NCBI GenBank assembly: GCA_023378865.1
Contig: JAMCSP010000013.1
Location: 11,794-67,055, forward strand
From: Candidatus Parvarchaeota archaeon
GTDB taxonomy: Archaea; Nanobdellota; Nanobdellia; Parvarchaeales; Parvarchaeaceae
Reading direction: 5' to 3'
Length of the DNA: 55,262 bases
Under the pieces are notes generated by a model that saw only the letters and a program-made list of their open reading frames with translations, searched no databases and was not told the origin of the DNA. Both the position numbers and the translations under genes were made by a program. How positions within the stretch are numbered: the first letter of the stretch is position 1; each line of letters begins with the position of its first letter. Positions 18,100-27,686 of this stretch are shown here, piece after piece.

Positions 18100-19205
18100 T
18101 ATCTTTCCCCCAGTACATTTTTGTACATTTTTTCCAGTTCTTTTATGATAACTTCATCTTCGCATTTCTTTGTGTCTTTGTATGCTCTGTTAACATCTAT
18201 TTTTTTCCATTTCATTCCTTCTATTATTTTGGTAAGGTCTTTTTCGTTTTTGAATTGCAGAGTGTTTCTTTTTACTATATCAGGCAATTCCCCGTTTTTG
18301 TAGGTTATGACTGGTATTTTACAGCGTTTGGCTTCCATTATAGGCATTCCAAATCCTTCCCAAAGAGAAGGAAAAACGAATACATCAAAAGAGTTGTACA
18401 TCTTAACCGTATCAGGAGCATGTCCAAAGTACTTTATTCTTTTGTCATCGGCTATGTCAAATGGCAGTTTAGCTCCATATAAGTGCAGTTCAAACATGTC
18501 GGACTTTATTTTTTTGAATGCCTTTATCAATACCTCTGCATTTTTATTGTAGGCATAACTGCTAAGGTGTCCTATTACTATTTTCTCTTTTTTGTGCGTT
18601 TTTCTTAGTTTCTTGAAGTTGCTTCCGACTATGTTGTATATAACGGATATTTTGGATGGTTCAACTCCAAGATTTATAAGGTCCTTGCGCGTGTTTTCAC
18701 TAACACATAATATGTGATCTGCCTTTTTTATGGCTAGAATCAGCCCTCTTTTTTCCATTATGTGCGCAAATCTGTTCATAGCCTTTACCGGCAGGTACAT
18801 GTAACCTTTTGCAGTAGCTTTGTTCATGTAGTTGTCTATGCCTATCTTGGGTATTTTCTTTAACATATCTAAATCATGTATCGACACTATCTGCTTTGAT
18901 TTGATGTTGAATACAGGTTTAAGGAACAAGCTTGATACGAATATACCCGGTGACATATAATGGATTATGTCTGGTTTTTCCTTTACCCAGCTGTCTGCAA
19001 AGTCTTTGTCCAAAGTAACTTTTCTATTTGTTTTGTTGACCATATCAAATAACCTTTTGTTTGACAGACTGTAAGCTTTTGCGTCTATATCCTTGGCGTA
19101 TTTTTTTAAGCCTTTGTAGAACAGTATTCCATGCTCTATTATACCTAGTCCGCTTCTAGGCGCAAAACTCACTGATACAAGTAAGACCTTTATTTTGTCT
19201 GTCAT
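18099..19205 (-). CDS. Family 4 (GT-B) glycosyltransferase
   Basis: 'PSLWEGFGMPIMEA' EX7E-type motif. Its stop overlaps the GH1 start (TAATG). Confidence 0.85.
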   Translation of the reverse strand: MTDKIKVLLVSVSFAPRSGLGIIEHGILFYKGLKKYAKDIDAKAYSLSNKRLFDMVNKTNRKVTLDKDFADSWVKEKPDIIHYMSPGIFVSSLFLKPVFNIKSKQIVSIHDLDMLKKIPKIGIDNYMNKATAKGYMYLPVKAMNRFAHIMEKRGLILAIKKADHILCVSENTRKDLINLGVEPSKISVIYNIVGSNFKKLRKTHKKEKIVIGHLSSYAYNKNAEVLIKAFKKIKSDMFELHLYGAKLPFDIADDKRIKYFGHAPDTVKMYNSFDVFVFPSLWEGFGMPIMEAKRCKIPVITYKNGELPDIVKRNTLQFKNEKDLTKIIEGMKWKKIDVNRAYKDTKKCEDEVIIKELEKMYKNVLGER

Positions 19206-20155
19206 ATCTTTTTAACGTTTTTATCTAAGTTTATAATCCCTATGGTTAAATAACCTACAATTGTAACTAAAAACGTGTTAAACAGTCTAAATATTATAAG
19301 AGAAGCAAGTGCCAATACTCCAGGGACATTAAATAGAACCATCAATGCCACTAGTGAAATATCCTCCGTTCCAATGCCCGCAGGCAGCATTGATATACCC
19401 CCAATTGTTACAGAAACAGCAAATATGAATATCCCTGTCAGAAGAGAAATGTTTACGTTAAATGCTGCAAGTATGAAAACCAGCAATAGGGCTTCTGCTA
19501 CCAATGAAGGTATAAACAATAGCATTCCGGAAATGAAGTACCTCTGGGCCATCAAGCCCCTCTGTTTTCTCATGCCCTCTATATATTTCAACCCCTTTTT
19601 TATCATTTTTGAAGTCCTTATTCTTTTGCGGCTGTTTATCACTGCTATAAGTTTTTTGTACGGCGATTCAAACCCAAGTATAGTTATGAAAATATATGCT
19701 AATGCAAATATAAACAGAAGATAAAGTATAAACTTTGACAGTAATACTGAGGATATAAGAGCAAGAAGTATTGCTCCCATCCCGCCAGTAGTTCCTAAGA
19801 ATACCATTATGCTTACGGAAAAGAATCTAGCGTCTTTTTTGAATTTATCCAGTTTTCTTAATGGAATAAGCTGCCCTATACCCGCACTTCCCATTCCCAG
19901 GCCGAAAAATGCGTACATGAAAAGGAAACTTTTTATTAAAGGTAGTTTAACTTTGACTTTTTTAAGCGTCAGTTCCCACGGTAGGAATTTCAAAGCAGTG
20001 AATAAAACCCAGGCAAGTATTATGTAAGGGATATATATTAGGTTTATTTTCCCCACGTCTTTTATTGCCTGTGAAAGGTTGTAGTTTAGCAGAAAATATA
20101 GTAAAAATATTACTAATATGATAAGTAATATTGTGTTTTCTACCCTTTTTTGCAT
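19202..20155 (-). CDS. Flippase-like / lysyl-PG synthase TM-region (UPF0104) family membrane protein
   Basis: 317 aa with about 8 TM segments and a basic central loop. 4-nt overlap with the downstream GT4 gene. The family assignment is based on architecture only. Confidence 0.5.
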   Translation of the reverse strand: MQKRVENTILLIILVIFLLYFLLNYNLSQAIKDVGKINLIYIPYIILAWVLFTALKFLPWELTLKKVKVKLPLIKSFLFMYAFFGLGMGSAGIGQLIPLRKLDKFKKDARFFSVSIMVFLGTTGGMGAILLALISSVLLSKFILYLLFIFALAYIFITILGFESPYKKLIAVINSRKRIRTSKMIKKGLKYIEGMRKQRGLMAQRYFISGMLLFIPSLVAEALLLVFILAAFNVNISLLTGIFIFAVSVTIGGISMLPAGIGTEDISLVALMVLFNVPGVLALASLIIFRLFNTFLVTIVGYLTIGIINLDKNVKKI

Positions 20156-20196
20156 TAGTTTAATAGAAAGTATGCGTTAAAATAACTAACACTAGC

Positions 20197-20502
20197 TCAT
20201 TTTACAATTGTCATGTCTGCCGTAAAATAAGTTACTATTATCTCCATTTGTTTCAGGTTTTCTGCCAATTTTTTAATTTCTTTCAAAAATTCTTTATCCC
20301 TTGCCAGTTTAATGTTTTTATCGTATCTTTCTATTGTAAAGCTGTCTCCAGATTTTCCGCCCCATACTCCCTTTGTTTTGTATATAGTATAACCCGAGGG
20401 GAATATTTTGTTTGCCCATTCATATATCCTGCGAAGAGCCGCACTTTCCCTTCTTACGTTTCCATCCATCTCAAAATGTATCTTTATGACAAGTATTTTC
20501 AT
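20197..20502 (-). CDS. Hypothetical protein
   Basis: 101 aa ORF with no motif recognised. Confidence 0.45.
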   Translation of the reverse strand: MKILVIKIHFEMDGNVRRESAALRRIYEWANKIFPSGYTIYKTKGVWGGKSGDSFTIERYDKNIKLARDKEFLKEIKKLAENLKQMEIIVTYFTADMTIVK

Positions 20503-20572
20503 CTTCTGTATTATTCATTGCTTTATTTAATATTTATTTGATGTTAGAAATTATAGTATTGTATTATTAAAC

Positions 20573-20845
20573 ATGGAAGAATATGAGTTTGAACGGCTGT
20601 TAAAGACTGCCAGAATAGAATTGGACAAAGAAGAATCCGCTTCGGTAAAAAAGGACATAAACGAGATATTAAGGTTTTTTGACAAGCTTGAAAATGTTTC
20701 CTTAGGGGAAGAAGAGCAGGCCTTTCATTCAGTCGAAATTCCCGAGAAACTTAGAAAGGACAGCGCTGAAAATAAAAATGAGCTAGAAAACGTATTTTAT
20801 AACGGGGAAAACTACAGGTTTTATTTTCTGGGGCCAAAAATATGA
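20573..20845 (+). CDS. gatC: Asp/Glu-tRNA amidotransferase subunit C
   Basis: 90 aa sitting directly upstream of gatA and overlapping it by 4 nt. 'ARIELDKEE....DINEIL.FFDKL' is typical GatC. Confidence 0.8.
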   Translation: MEEYEFERLLKTARIELDKEESASVKKDINEILRFFDKLENVSLGEEEQAFHSVEIPEKLRKDSAENKNELENVFYNGENYRFYFLGPKI

Positions 20846-22170
20846 CCGGTAAGTTTCTTAGTTTGAAAGGCGAGGGGTATAATGGCTTTGTTTCGCAGCT
20901 TAAGCATGCAAATGAAAAGCTCGATGCATTTAATTTTATAGACGAAAAAGAAAAAAACGGCAAGATAATAAGCGTAAAGGACAATATCTGCGTGAAGGGT
21001 ATGCCGGCCACGGCTTCTTCCAAGATATTGCATGGCTACATACCAGGATTCAATGCCACTGCGATCGAAAGGCTGGAAAACAGCGGCTTTTCGGTAATAG
21101 GCAAAACAAACATGGATGAATTTGGATTCGGAAGCTTTGGTTTGAATTCGGAGCATCCCGCAAAGAACCCATATAATGAAGAGTATGTCACGGGGGGCTC
21201 AAGTTCTGGAAGTGCAGTGGCCACGGCCCTGATAAAAGAACACGTCTCAATTGCAGAGTCAACCGGCGGTTCGATCTCTGCTCCGGCAGCATTCTGTGGT
21301 GTTGTAGGGTTAACGCCTACCTACGGTGCAATCTCCAGGTATGGCCTGATAGACTATGCAAGTTCCCTGGATAAGATAGGTTTCATGGGGAAAGGTGCAG
21401 ATAGCATAAGAGAGGTAATGGAAAAGACTGTTGGCAGTGATCCAAAGGACACTACCTCTCTATCAAAGGCAATATCAAACAAAAACACGCACAAGCTGTA
21501 TGTAATTGATAATCTAATGGGCGGTATTGACGAGGGCATAAAGGACAGGTTTGAAGGTTTGCTTGCTAAATTATCCGCGAAAGATTATGAGATTGAGCAT
21601 GTTAAGATAGATTACTTAGAATATTCGGTTCCTGCTTACTATATATTATCAATGTCTGAGGCTTCGACAAATCTTGCAAAATACCAGGGATTCAAATATG
21701 GGTTTAAAGTAAAGGACTTCTCACTTAATTACAATGATTTTTTTATGTCTGCCAGAAAGCAGTTCGGAAAGGAGGCAAAAAGAAGGGTAATACTTGGAAC
21801 ATTCATAAGGAGCAAGAGCATCAAGCAGAAATACTATGAAAAAGCACTTGCTATCAGGCATGCAATAATAGCAAGGATGGGAAAAATACTAAAAGAAGGG
21901 TTTATCATAATGCCAACCATGCCCATCTTTACCCCAAAAATCAGCGAAGTGAGCGACATAAGTCCTGTAGAAGCATATTCAATGGACATGCTTACAGTAC
22001 CGCCAAATCTTTGCGGTTTTCCGCACATTTCCTTTCCGTATTTTTATGAGAGAGGTATGCCGCTCGGTGCGCAGGTAATAACAGATCATTTTAACGATTA
22101 CTCTCTTTTGGATTTTTTATCGGAATGGGAAAGCGGCTTTGAGTATAAGTTTAAGGAGGAGGTAGGCTGA
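20842..22170 (+). CDS. gatA: Asp/Glu-tRNA amidotransferase subunit A
   Basis: Amidase signature 'GGSSSGSAVA' and 'KDNICVKGMPATASSKIL'. Confidence 0.9.
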   Translation: MTGKFLSLKGEGYNGFVSQLKHANEKLDAFNFIDEKEKNGKIISVKDNICVKGMPATASSKILHGYIPGFNATAIERLENSGFSVIGKTNMDEFGFGSFGLNSEHPAKNPYNEEYVTGGSSSGSAVATALIKEHVSIAESTGGSISAPAAFCGVVGLTPTYGAISRYGLIDYASSLDKIGFMGKGADSIREVMEKTVGSDPKDTTSLSKAISNKNTHKLYVIDNLMGGIDEGIKDRFEGLLAKLSAKDYEIEHVKIDYLEYSVPAYYILSMSEASTNLAKYQGFKYGFKVKDFSLNYNDFFMSARKQFGKEAKRRVILGTFIRSKSIKQKYYEKALAIRHAIIARMGKILKEGFIIMPTMPIFTPKISEVSDISPVEAYSMDMLTVPPNLCGFPHISFPYFYERGMPLGAQVITDHFNDYSLLDFLSEWESGFEYKFKEEVG

Positions 22171-23456
22171 TGAAAATAGGGTTGGAAGTACACGTTGCGT
22201 TGCCTACAAAGACAAAGCTATTCTGTTCTGATTTAGCATATGAAAACCAAGAAGAGCCGAATTCAAATGTATGCCCGGTGTGTTTGGGTTTACCGGGCGC
22301 CAAGCCTGTTTTGAATCAAAAGGCATTGGAGATATCAGCGGGAATAGCAAAGGCCTTGAACTGTGAAATAGGTGAAAAAACATGGTTTGTCAGAAAGGTC
22401 TACTTCTACCCAGATCTGCCGAAAGGATACCAGATAACGCAGTTGGATGGAGCAATAGGAATCAAAGGATATGTTGATTTAAACGGCAAAAAGATAGGGA
22501 TAAGAAGGGTGCAGATAGAAGAGGATCCGGCAAGAATAATACGCGAGAAAGATTACTCCCTAATAGATTTCAACAGGTCTGGTGTGCCGCTGAATGAGAT
22601 AGTTACAGAGCCGGACATAGCGAGCTTGGAAGAACTTAAGGGCTTTATAGAGGAGCTCAGGAGCATACTGTACTATCAAGGGGTTAATATAAACCAGGAG
22701 CTAAAGACGGATCTAAACATATCACTGGCAGAAAACCGGGTGGAGATAAAGAACGTTACTGGAGTTAGAAATCTGATTGCTGCAGCGGAGTATGAGATAA
22801 AAAGGCAGTCAGCTCTTATCAAAGAAGGCAAGGAAATAAGTCTCGAAACTAGGTCCTATAGAGAGGATGAGAATGAAACCGTTTCTTCAAGAGAAAAAGA
22901 AACAGAAGAGGAGTATGGTTTCACTTTTGAGCCGGATTTAACATTTTATGACACTACAAAGTTGGCAATGCAAAAGGCGGTAATCGCAAGCAATGCCGCA
23001 AAGGAACTGGCGGATATAAACGAGTACAACGAAAAAACGATAAGGGAATTGGTACTGTTTAACAAGAGAAATCTTTCACTGCTGGAGGGCATAAGTAAAG
23101 AAGAATTCAAAAAAGGCGTTTCTTTGATAGAGAAATTTGCATCCTTTGGCATAGAAGACTATTCGGAAGAAGAGTTCATGAAAATGCTTAAGCGGGACGT
23201 AAGCTCGATTGAAAAAGATAGCTTTTTGCAGCTGCTTGGCAGGTCAAACAAGACTGAGGAAAAAGCAGACAAAGAAGAGATTGAATCCGGGATAAAAGAA
23301 ATGCTGTATTTAGATAAAACATTATTGGAAAGAGGGATTAATGATGGAAAGGCAATGAGTTTTATGATAGGGAAAGTAAAGGAAAAATATCATGTTACCG
23401 GGAAGGAAGCGGCAGATTTTATACAGAAAGTAATAAAAAGCATGTTAAATAACTAA
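22170..23456 (+). CDS. gatB: Asp/Glu-tRNA amidotransferase subunit B
   Basis: 'GLEVHV', 'CPVCLGLPGAKPVLN', 'FNRSGVPLNEIVTEPD', 'EIKNV', and a YqeY-like tail 'GKAMSFMIGKV'. Its start shares one nucleotide with the gatA stop. Confidence 0.88.
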   Translation: MKIGLEVHVALPTKTKLFCSDLAYENQEEPNSNVCPVCLGLPGAKPVLNQKALEISAGIAKALNCEIGEKTWFVRKVYFYPDLPKGYQITQLDGAIGIKGYVDLNGKKIGIRRVQIEEDPARIIREKDYSLIDFNRSGVPLNEIVTEPDIASLEELKGFIEELRSILYYQGVNINQELKTDLNISLAENRVEIKNVTGVRNLIAAAEYEIKRQSALIKEGKEISLETRSYREDENETVSSREKETEEEYGFTFEPDLTFYDTTKLAMQKAVIASNAAKELADINEYNEKTIRELVLFNKRNLSLLEGISKEEFKKGVSLIEKFASFGIEDYSEEEFMKMLKRDVSSIEKDSFLQLLGRSNKTEEKADKEEIESGIKEMLYLDKTLLERGINDGKAMSFMIGKVKEKYHVTGKEAADFIQKVIKSMLNN

Positions 23457-23460
23457 GAAT

Positions 23461-25233
23461 ATGGATATCTATTGTGGTGACCTGTCGGCTGAATTAATCG
23501 GTAAAGAAGTTACTTTGAACGGCTGGTGCAGATACATACGGGACCATGGCGGGAAGCTCTTCGTTGATTTAGCGGATAGAACGGGGATAGCACAGATAGT
23601 GTTTGACGGCAATCTTTTGGAGCAGGCAAAGGCTCTCGGAAGAGAATACGTTATAAGGGTAGAGGGTTCAGTCAGGGAAAGGGACAAAGAAACAGTCGAT
23701 AAAGAGAATCCTACCGGGAAATTTGAAGTAAATGCCGAAAATTTGATTACAATAAACAAAGCGGACACGCCGCCGTTTGAAATAACGGATGAAAAAGGTA
23801 AGTTTCTTGCAGCAGAGGATCTTAGGTTGAAATACAGGTATCTAGATCTCAGAAGAACAGAGATGATAAACAACATAATTTTCAGGGACAAAGTTACCAA
23901 AGTATCAAGACAGTTCTTTTGGGATAACGGCTTTCTTGAACTGGAGACACCTACTTTGGTAAAGGATACTTATGAGACTGGCGCAAGGCCGTTTATAGTG
24001 CCTTCTAGGACAAAAAAGGAAAGTTTTTACTCCCTTCCGCAGTCTCCACAGATATACAAGCAGCTTATAATGGTAGCGGGATTGGACAAGTACTTTCAGG
24101 TAGCAAGGGCATTCCGTGACGAAGACCAAAGGGAAGACAGGCAGCCAGAGTTCACGCAACTTGACCTGGAAGTTTCATTCAGGGATGAAAACTATATCAT
24201 GCGGCTGATAGAAAGTCTTATAGAAAAGATATTGAAATCGGTTATGAATGAAGAGATAAAATTACCGTTAAAGAGATTGCAATACCGCGAAGGAATAAAC
24301 AGATATGGTAGTGACAAGCCGGATTTGAGATATGATTATGAAATAGTTGATATTACAAATGCAATGAAGAAAAGCGATTACAACACTATAAAGAGAGTTC
24401 TGGAAAGCGGCGGAAAAGTAAAGGCAATATCCTTTTCAGCAGACTATGGAAAATCAGAAAGGATAACCAAGGATTTTATGCTCTCTGTCATAGAAATCGC
24501 AAAGACAAACGGATTAAAGGGACTTACTTGGCTATTCGTTGAAAACGGGAAACTGAAATCTGTACCAGAGGCAATTGCAAGTTCTTTATCAAAAGCAGAG
24601 AATGACATACTTTCATCGCTTAAATCAAAAGACGGGGATGTAATAATATTTGCGGCCGATTTGGATGAAACGCTTCTTTTGCAGGCCCTGGGGAAAATAA
24701 GAAAGATAATAGGAGATAAAATAGGTAAATTCAACACTAAGTTTTCCTTTCTCTGGGTAGTTGACTTTCCGATGTTTGAGGTTGACAGCATAACCAAAAA
24801 ATTGAGGCCATCTCACAATCCATTCACGGCGCCCTTTACTGAAGATTTGGCATTGTTGGAGAAAGAGCCCGAAAAAGTAAGAGGGAGGCAGTTTGACCTT
24901 GTATTGAACGGAAATGAAGTCGGTGGCGGGGCAGTCAGAATAAACAATGCGGACTTACAGCTTAAAGTACTTAAGATGATAGGCATGCCAGAAGAAGAAG
25001 CATTGGATACCTTTGGTTTCCTAATAAACGCTCTTAAGTTCGGCGCTCCGGAGGACATAGGCTTTGCAGTGGGCCTTGACCGTTTTGTTGCCGTTCTAAG
25101 AGAAAAGCAGAGCATAAGGGATTTCATACTGTTTCCAAAGACAAAGAGCTTCGACTCACCGATAGATGGCTCTCCCTCCAAAATAGATGATAAAAGGCTT
25201 TTAGAGGATTATAAGCTGAAAAGGGCAGAATAA
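23461..25233 (+). CDS. aspS: Aspartyl-tRNA synthetase, bacterial type (with GAD insertion)
   Basis: 590 aa. 'QSPQIYKQLIMVAGLDKYFQVARAFRDEDQREDRQPEFTQLDLEVSF', motif 3 'GFAVGLDR'. Starts 4 nt after the gatB stop. Confidence 0.9.
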   Translation: MDIYCGDLSAELIGKEVTLNGWCRYIRDHGGKLFVDLADRTGIAQIVFDGNLLEQAKALGREYVIRVEGSVRERDKETVDKENPTGKFEVNAENLITINKADTPPFEITDEKGKFLAAEDLRLKYRYLDLRRTEMINNIIFRDKVTKVSRQFFWDNGFLELETPTLVKDTYETGARPFIVPSRTKKESFYSLPQSPQIYKQLIMVAGLDKYFQVARAFRDEDQREDRQPEFTQLDLEVSFRDENYIMRLIESLIEKILKSVMNEEIKLPLKRLQYREGINRYGSDKPDLRYDYEIVDITNAMKKSDYNTIKRVLESGGKVKAISFSADYGKSERITKDFMLSVIEIAKTNGLKGLTWLFVENGKLKSVPEAIASSLSKAENDILSSLKSKDGDVIIFAADLDETLLLQALGKIRKIIGDKIGKFNTKFSFLWVVDFPMFEVDSITKKLRPSHNPFTAPFTEDLALLEKEPEKVRGRQFDLVLNGNEVGGGAVRINNADLQLKVLKMIGMPEEEALDTFGFLINALKFGAPEDIGFAVGLDRFVAVLREKQSIRDFILFPKTKSFDSPIDGSPSKIDDKRLLEDYKLKRAE

Positions 25234-25281
25234 TAATTTTAGTGTCGTTATCCTCTTTCAATCTGAGTTTTACTAATTTAT

Positions 25282-25668
25282 TTACAATTCATTGTCGAAT
25301 CGCATTGTTTTATCATTCAATGCGTGCCAGAGAAATTTCTTCCATTCTCCGTCTTTGTAATATGCCAATTTATAGTTAGTAAAATCATAGTCAAGCACCT
25401 TTTCTTTTTTATCAGTAGAAGGCTTGTTGAAATAAACTTCAAGCCGCTTTTCCTTGTTTGCACGTGATTCATTGTAGTGAATTCCGATAGCGTAATCTAG
25501 ATTAGGGTCTAATATACGGGAATAAGCTGAGCCTTCAGATAGCATGAATTCTCTCGTATCATTTATCAATTTTATAAGACTAACCCGCTGTGCAGTCTCT
25601 CCCATGTCTTTTATTAGTTTTTCGATGTTGTTTTTTGGATTAACTTGCTTTTCTTTTTTGTTTTCCAT
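25282..25668 (-). CDS. Hypothetical protein
   Basis: 128 aa ORF downstream of the phosphodiesterase-like gene. No motif recognised. Confidence 0.45.
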   Translation of the reverse strand: MENKKEKQVNPKNNIEKLIKDMGETAQRVSLIKLINDTREFMLSEGSAYSRILDPNLDYAIGIHYNESRANKEKRLEVYFNKPSTDKKEKVLDYDFTNYKLAYYKDGEWKKFLWHALNDKTMRFDNEL

Positions 25669-25713
25669 ATATTTTAAGATTATTTCCGGTATATAAGATT
25701 TTAAATCTTTAAT

Positions 25714-26838
25714 CTAAATAGTGATAATCGGTACTTCCATCTCATCGGTCGATAATCCACCGTGGTTTGACAGAGGCTCTCCATTTCTATGTTCTGACTC
25801 TTTTTTATTTAGCCGGTAATTAAACGTAAATCCGAAATCTTCTTCTGCCGCGCCCAAGTAATCAGGCAATGTATCCTCTATGTCTTTGTTTATTTTACCG
25901 AGAAGCAGTTCCCTTTCGTTTCTGTTGAATACTTTCATTGGATATTTTTCTAAATCTTTTGTTATTTCATATCTAGACCTAAATAACGGAGCACGAGTGT
26001 CACCGTAAGGCGGCAATTCAAGCTTCCTTATCAGTTTTTTATCCCTGCTGAAATCTATTATTTCCCTGACTTTTTTGTGTCCATGGTCAGCAGTTATTAT
26101 TGTATTTGTCTTTTTTCCCGTGTTCAATTCGCTTACCCGTTTTAATATGTATTCAGCGGCTTCTTTTACCTCTGTATTTTCATAACCATACATGTGCTCA
26201 AGAGTATCTACATAAGGAATGTAAAAATGTATGAACTTTATGGATTCGTTTTCAAGTGCCTTTCTATAGATGTAAAAAGCATCCCAGATATTTTCGTAGC
26301 CGCTTATCTCGGTTGCTCCCGAGAATATCAAAGAACTGAAAGAGGAGTTTACTATAAACGATGGGGTTATAACAAGGCTGCGTATCCTTTTTTTTGAGAG
26401 CGCATTGAATACCGTTTTTATCCGCAGCATATCTTTTAGTTTTCCTATGTGGCTGAGCAGGTTGTTTGAGTGCGGAGCGGAAGCATATGTATTTTCCAAA
26501 GGCTTTACTATTGCACCGGCCAGTTTTAAAAAGGCTTTATAGCCAATGATGCCATGCATTCCGGGGTTTAAGCCAGAAACCAATGAAATGGACGCGGTGT
26601 CCGTGCTTGATGGAAATACACTGCTTGCTTTTGCTTTTTTAAAGCTTGAGAAGTATTTAGTGTTAGAATAAAGGTTCCATCCGAAACCGTCTACAAATAA
26701 AAGGCTAGTTCTTTTTCCATTCTTTAAATCAAGTTCTAGTTTTTTCCCCGTATTTTCTATGCCAAAAACAGAAAGCTCTTCGTTAAATAAATTACATATG
26801 CTGTTATTGTAATCTGGAAGAACAAGCTTGTCCATCAC
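25714..26838 (-). CDS. Alkaline-phosphatase superfamily protein (nucleotide pyrophosphatase/phosphodiesterase or PglZ-like)
   Basis: 'FVDGFGWN', nucleophile region 'FPSSTDTASISLVSGLNPGMHGI', 'TADHGH', and 'NHGGLS'. Confidence 0.75.
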   Translation of the reverse strand: MMDKLVLPDYNNSICNLFNEELSVFGIENTGKKLELDLKNGKRTSLLFVDGFGWNLYSNTKYFSSFKKAKASSVFPSSTDTASISLVSGLNPGMHGIIGYKAFLKLAGAIVKPLENTYASAPHSNNLLSHIGKLKDMLRIKTVFNALSKKRIRSLVITPSFIVNSSFSSLIFSGATEISGYENIWDAFYIYRKALENESIKFIHFYIPYVDTLEHMYGYENTEVKEAAEYILKRVSELNTGKKTNTIITADHGHKKVREIIDFSRDKKLIRKLELPPYGDTRAPLFRSRYEITKDLEKYPMKVFNRNERELLLGKINKDIEDTLPDYLGAAEEDFGFTFNYRLNKKESEHRNGEPLSNHGGLSTDEMEVPIITI

Positions 26839-26867
26839 ATTAATTACAGCTGATTTATTTTAAGCTT

Positions 26868-27686
26868 TTAGACAAGCTTCTTTCCTACTTTGTTATTCAT
26901 GCCTAGAATAACTTCTATATACATGCTGTCTATTGCATCTGGTGGAACCTGCATTCTGTCGCCGACTGACGATACAACCATTGAAAATGCATAGGGCTCA
27001 TGGTCTTTATAGCCCATTGTTGAATCATCAAAGTAGCCAATTCCTACTACGACATCTCCGGCCCTGGGCCTTGGAAAACCGTATGAATCCGCAATTTTAT
27101 CAGTTATTTTTGAGGAAATTAAGCCAGCTCCTTGACCTATATTTTCCAGGGTCTTATACCTAATACTGGGCTGGACATATCCCCTTTTTCCTTTGCTGGG
27201 TTTTCTTACAAGATATGCACCATTTACAAAGTAGTCACTTACCTTTCCTTTTTCTAAACCAATTAGGTAATCCAAATTTACAACACCAAGGAATTCCTTG
27301 TTTCCCCTTTTTACAGGGCCAGTTTCTTTGTCCAGATTATTGAAGTCTTCGTTGTTTATACCTATTGAAAGGGGATTCATGTATGCTACACCAGGTATCA
27401 TACTATTGTACACGTTTTTGAAGTTCTCATCTTTAGTACCTTTTGAAGAAAATGGTATTAGTTCATAAACACCGTGTAAGAAGTAAGATTCCTTACCTTT
27501 TTCTCCTTCTATTCTGCCAATCAGCGTAACGGCATCCCCCGGGGTTTTTGTGCCTACGCTTTTTTCCAGCCCGTTTTCCTTCGTCCAGATTTCATTGCTT
27601 GTTACGGCAGGATTAAGGCTGAAGTAAACTGCACTTGAGCCTTCAGATATCAGTTTTTCAAGTTTATGCGTGTTTATCATATTCAA
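26868..27686 (-). CDS. Hypothetical protein (orphan operon gene 3)
   Basis: The track start at 27686 is TTG. An ATG at 27680 lies 2 nt after the upstream stop. About 270 aa, no TM segment, no Cys, no recognised motif. Confidence 0.65.
   Translation of the reverse strand: MNMINTHKLEKLISEGSSAVYFSLNPAVTSNEIWTKENGLEKSVGTKTPGDAVTLIGRIEGEKGKESYFLHGVYELIPFSSKGTKDENFKNVYNSMIPGVAYMNPLSIGINNEDFNNLDKETGPVKRGNKEFLGVVNLDYLIGLEKGKVSDYFVNGAYLVRKPSKGKRGYVQPSIRYKTLENIGQGAGLISSKITDKIADSYGFPRPRAGDVVVGIGYFDDSTMGYKDHEPYAFSMVVSSVGDRMQVPPDAIDSMYIEVILGMNNKVGKKLV

Noticed and set aside
25714-26838. Interpreting the alkaline-phosphatase-superfamily gene as a BREX-type PglZ defence component
   Set aside because: No PglX methyltransferase, BrxC ATPase or other BREX/DISARM partner is nearby. 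At 374 aa, the protein fits the widespread archaeal NPP/AP-family enzymes. It is noted only as a possible member of the adjacent orphan operon.
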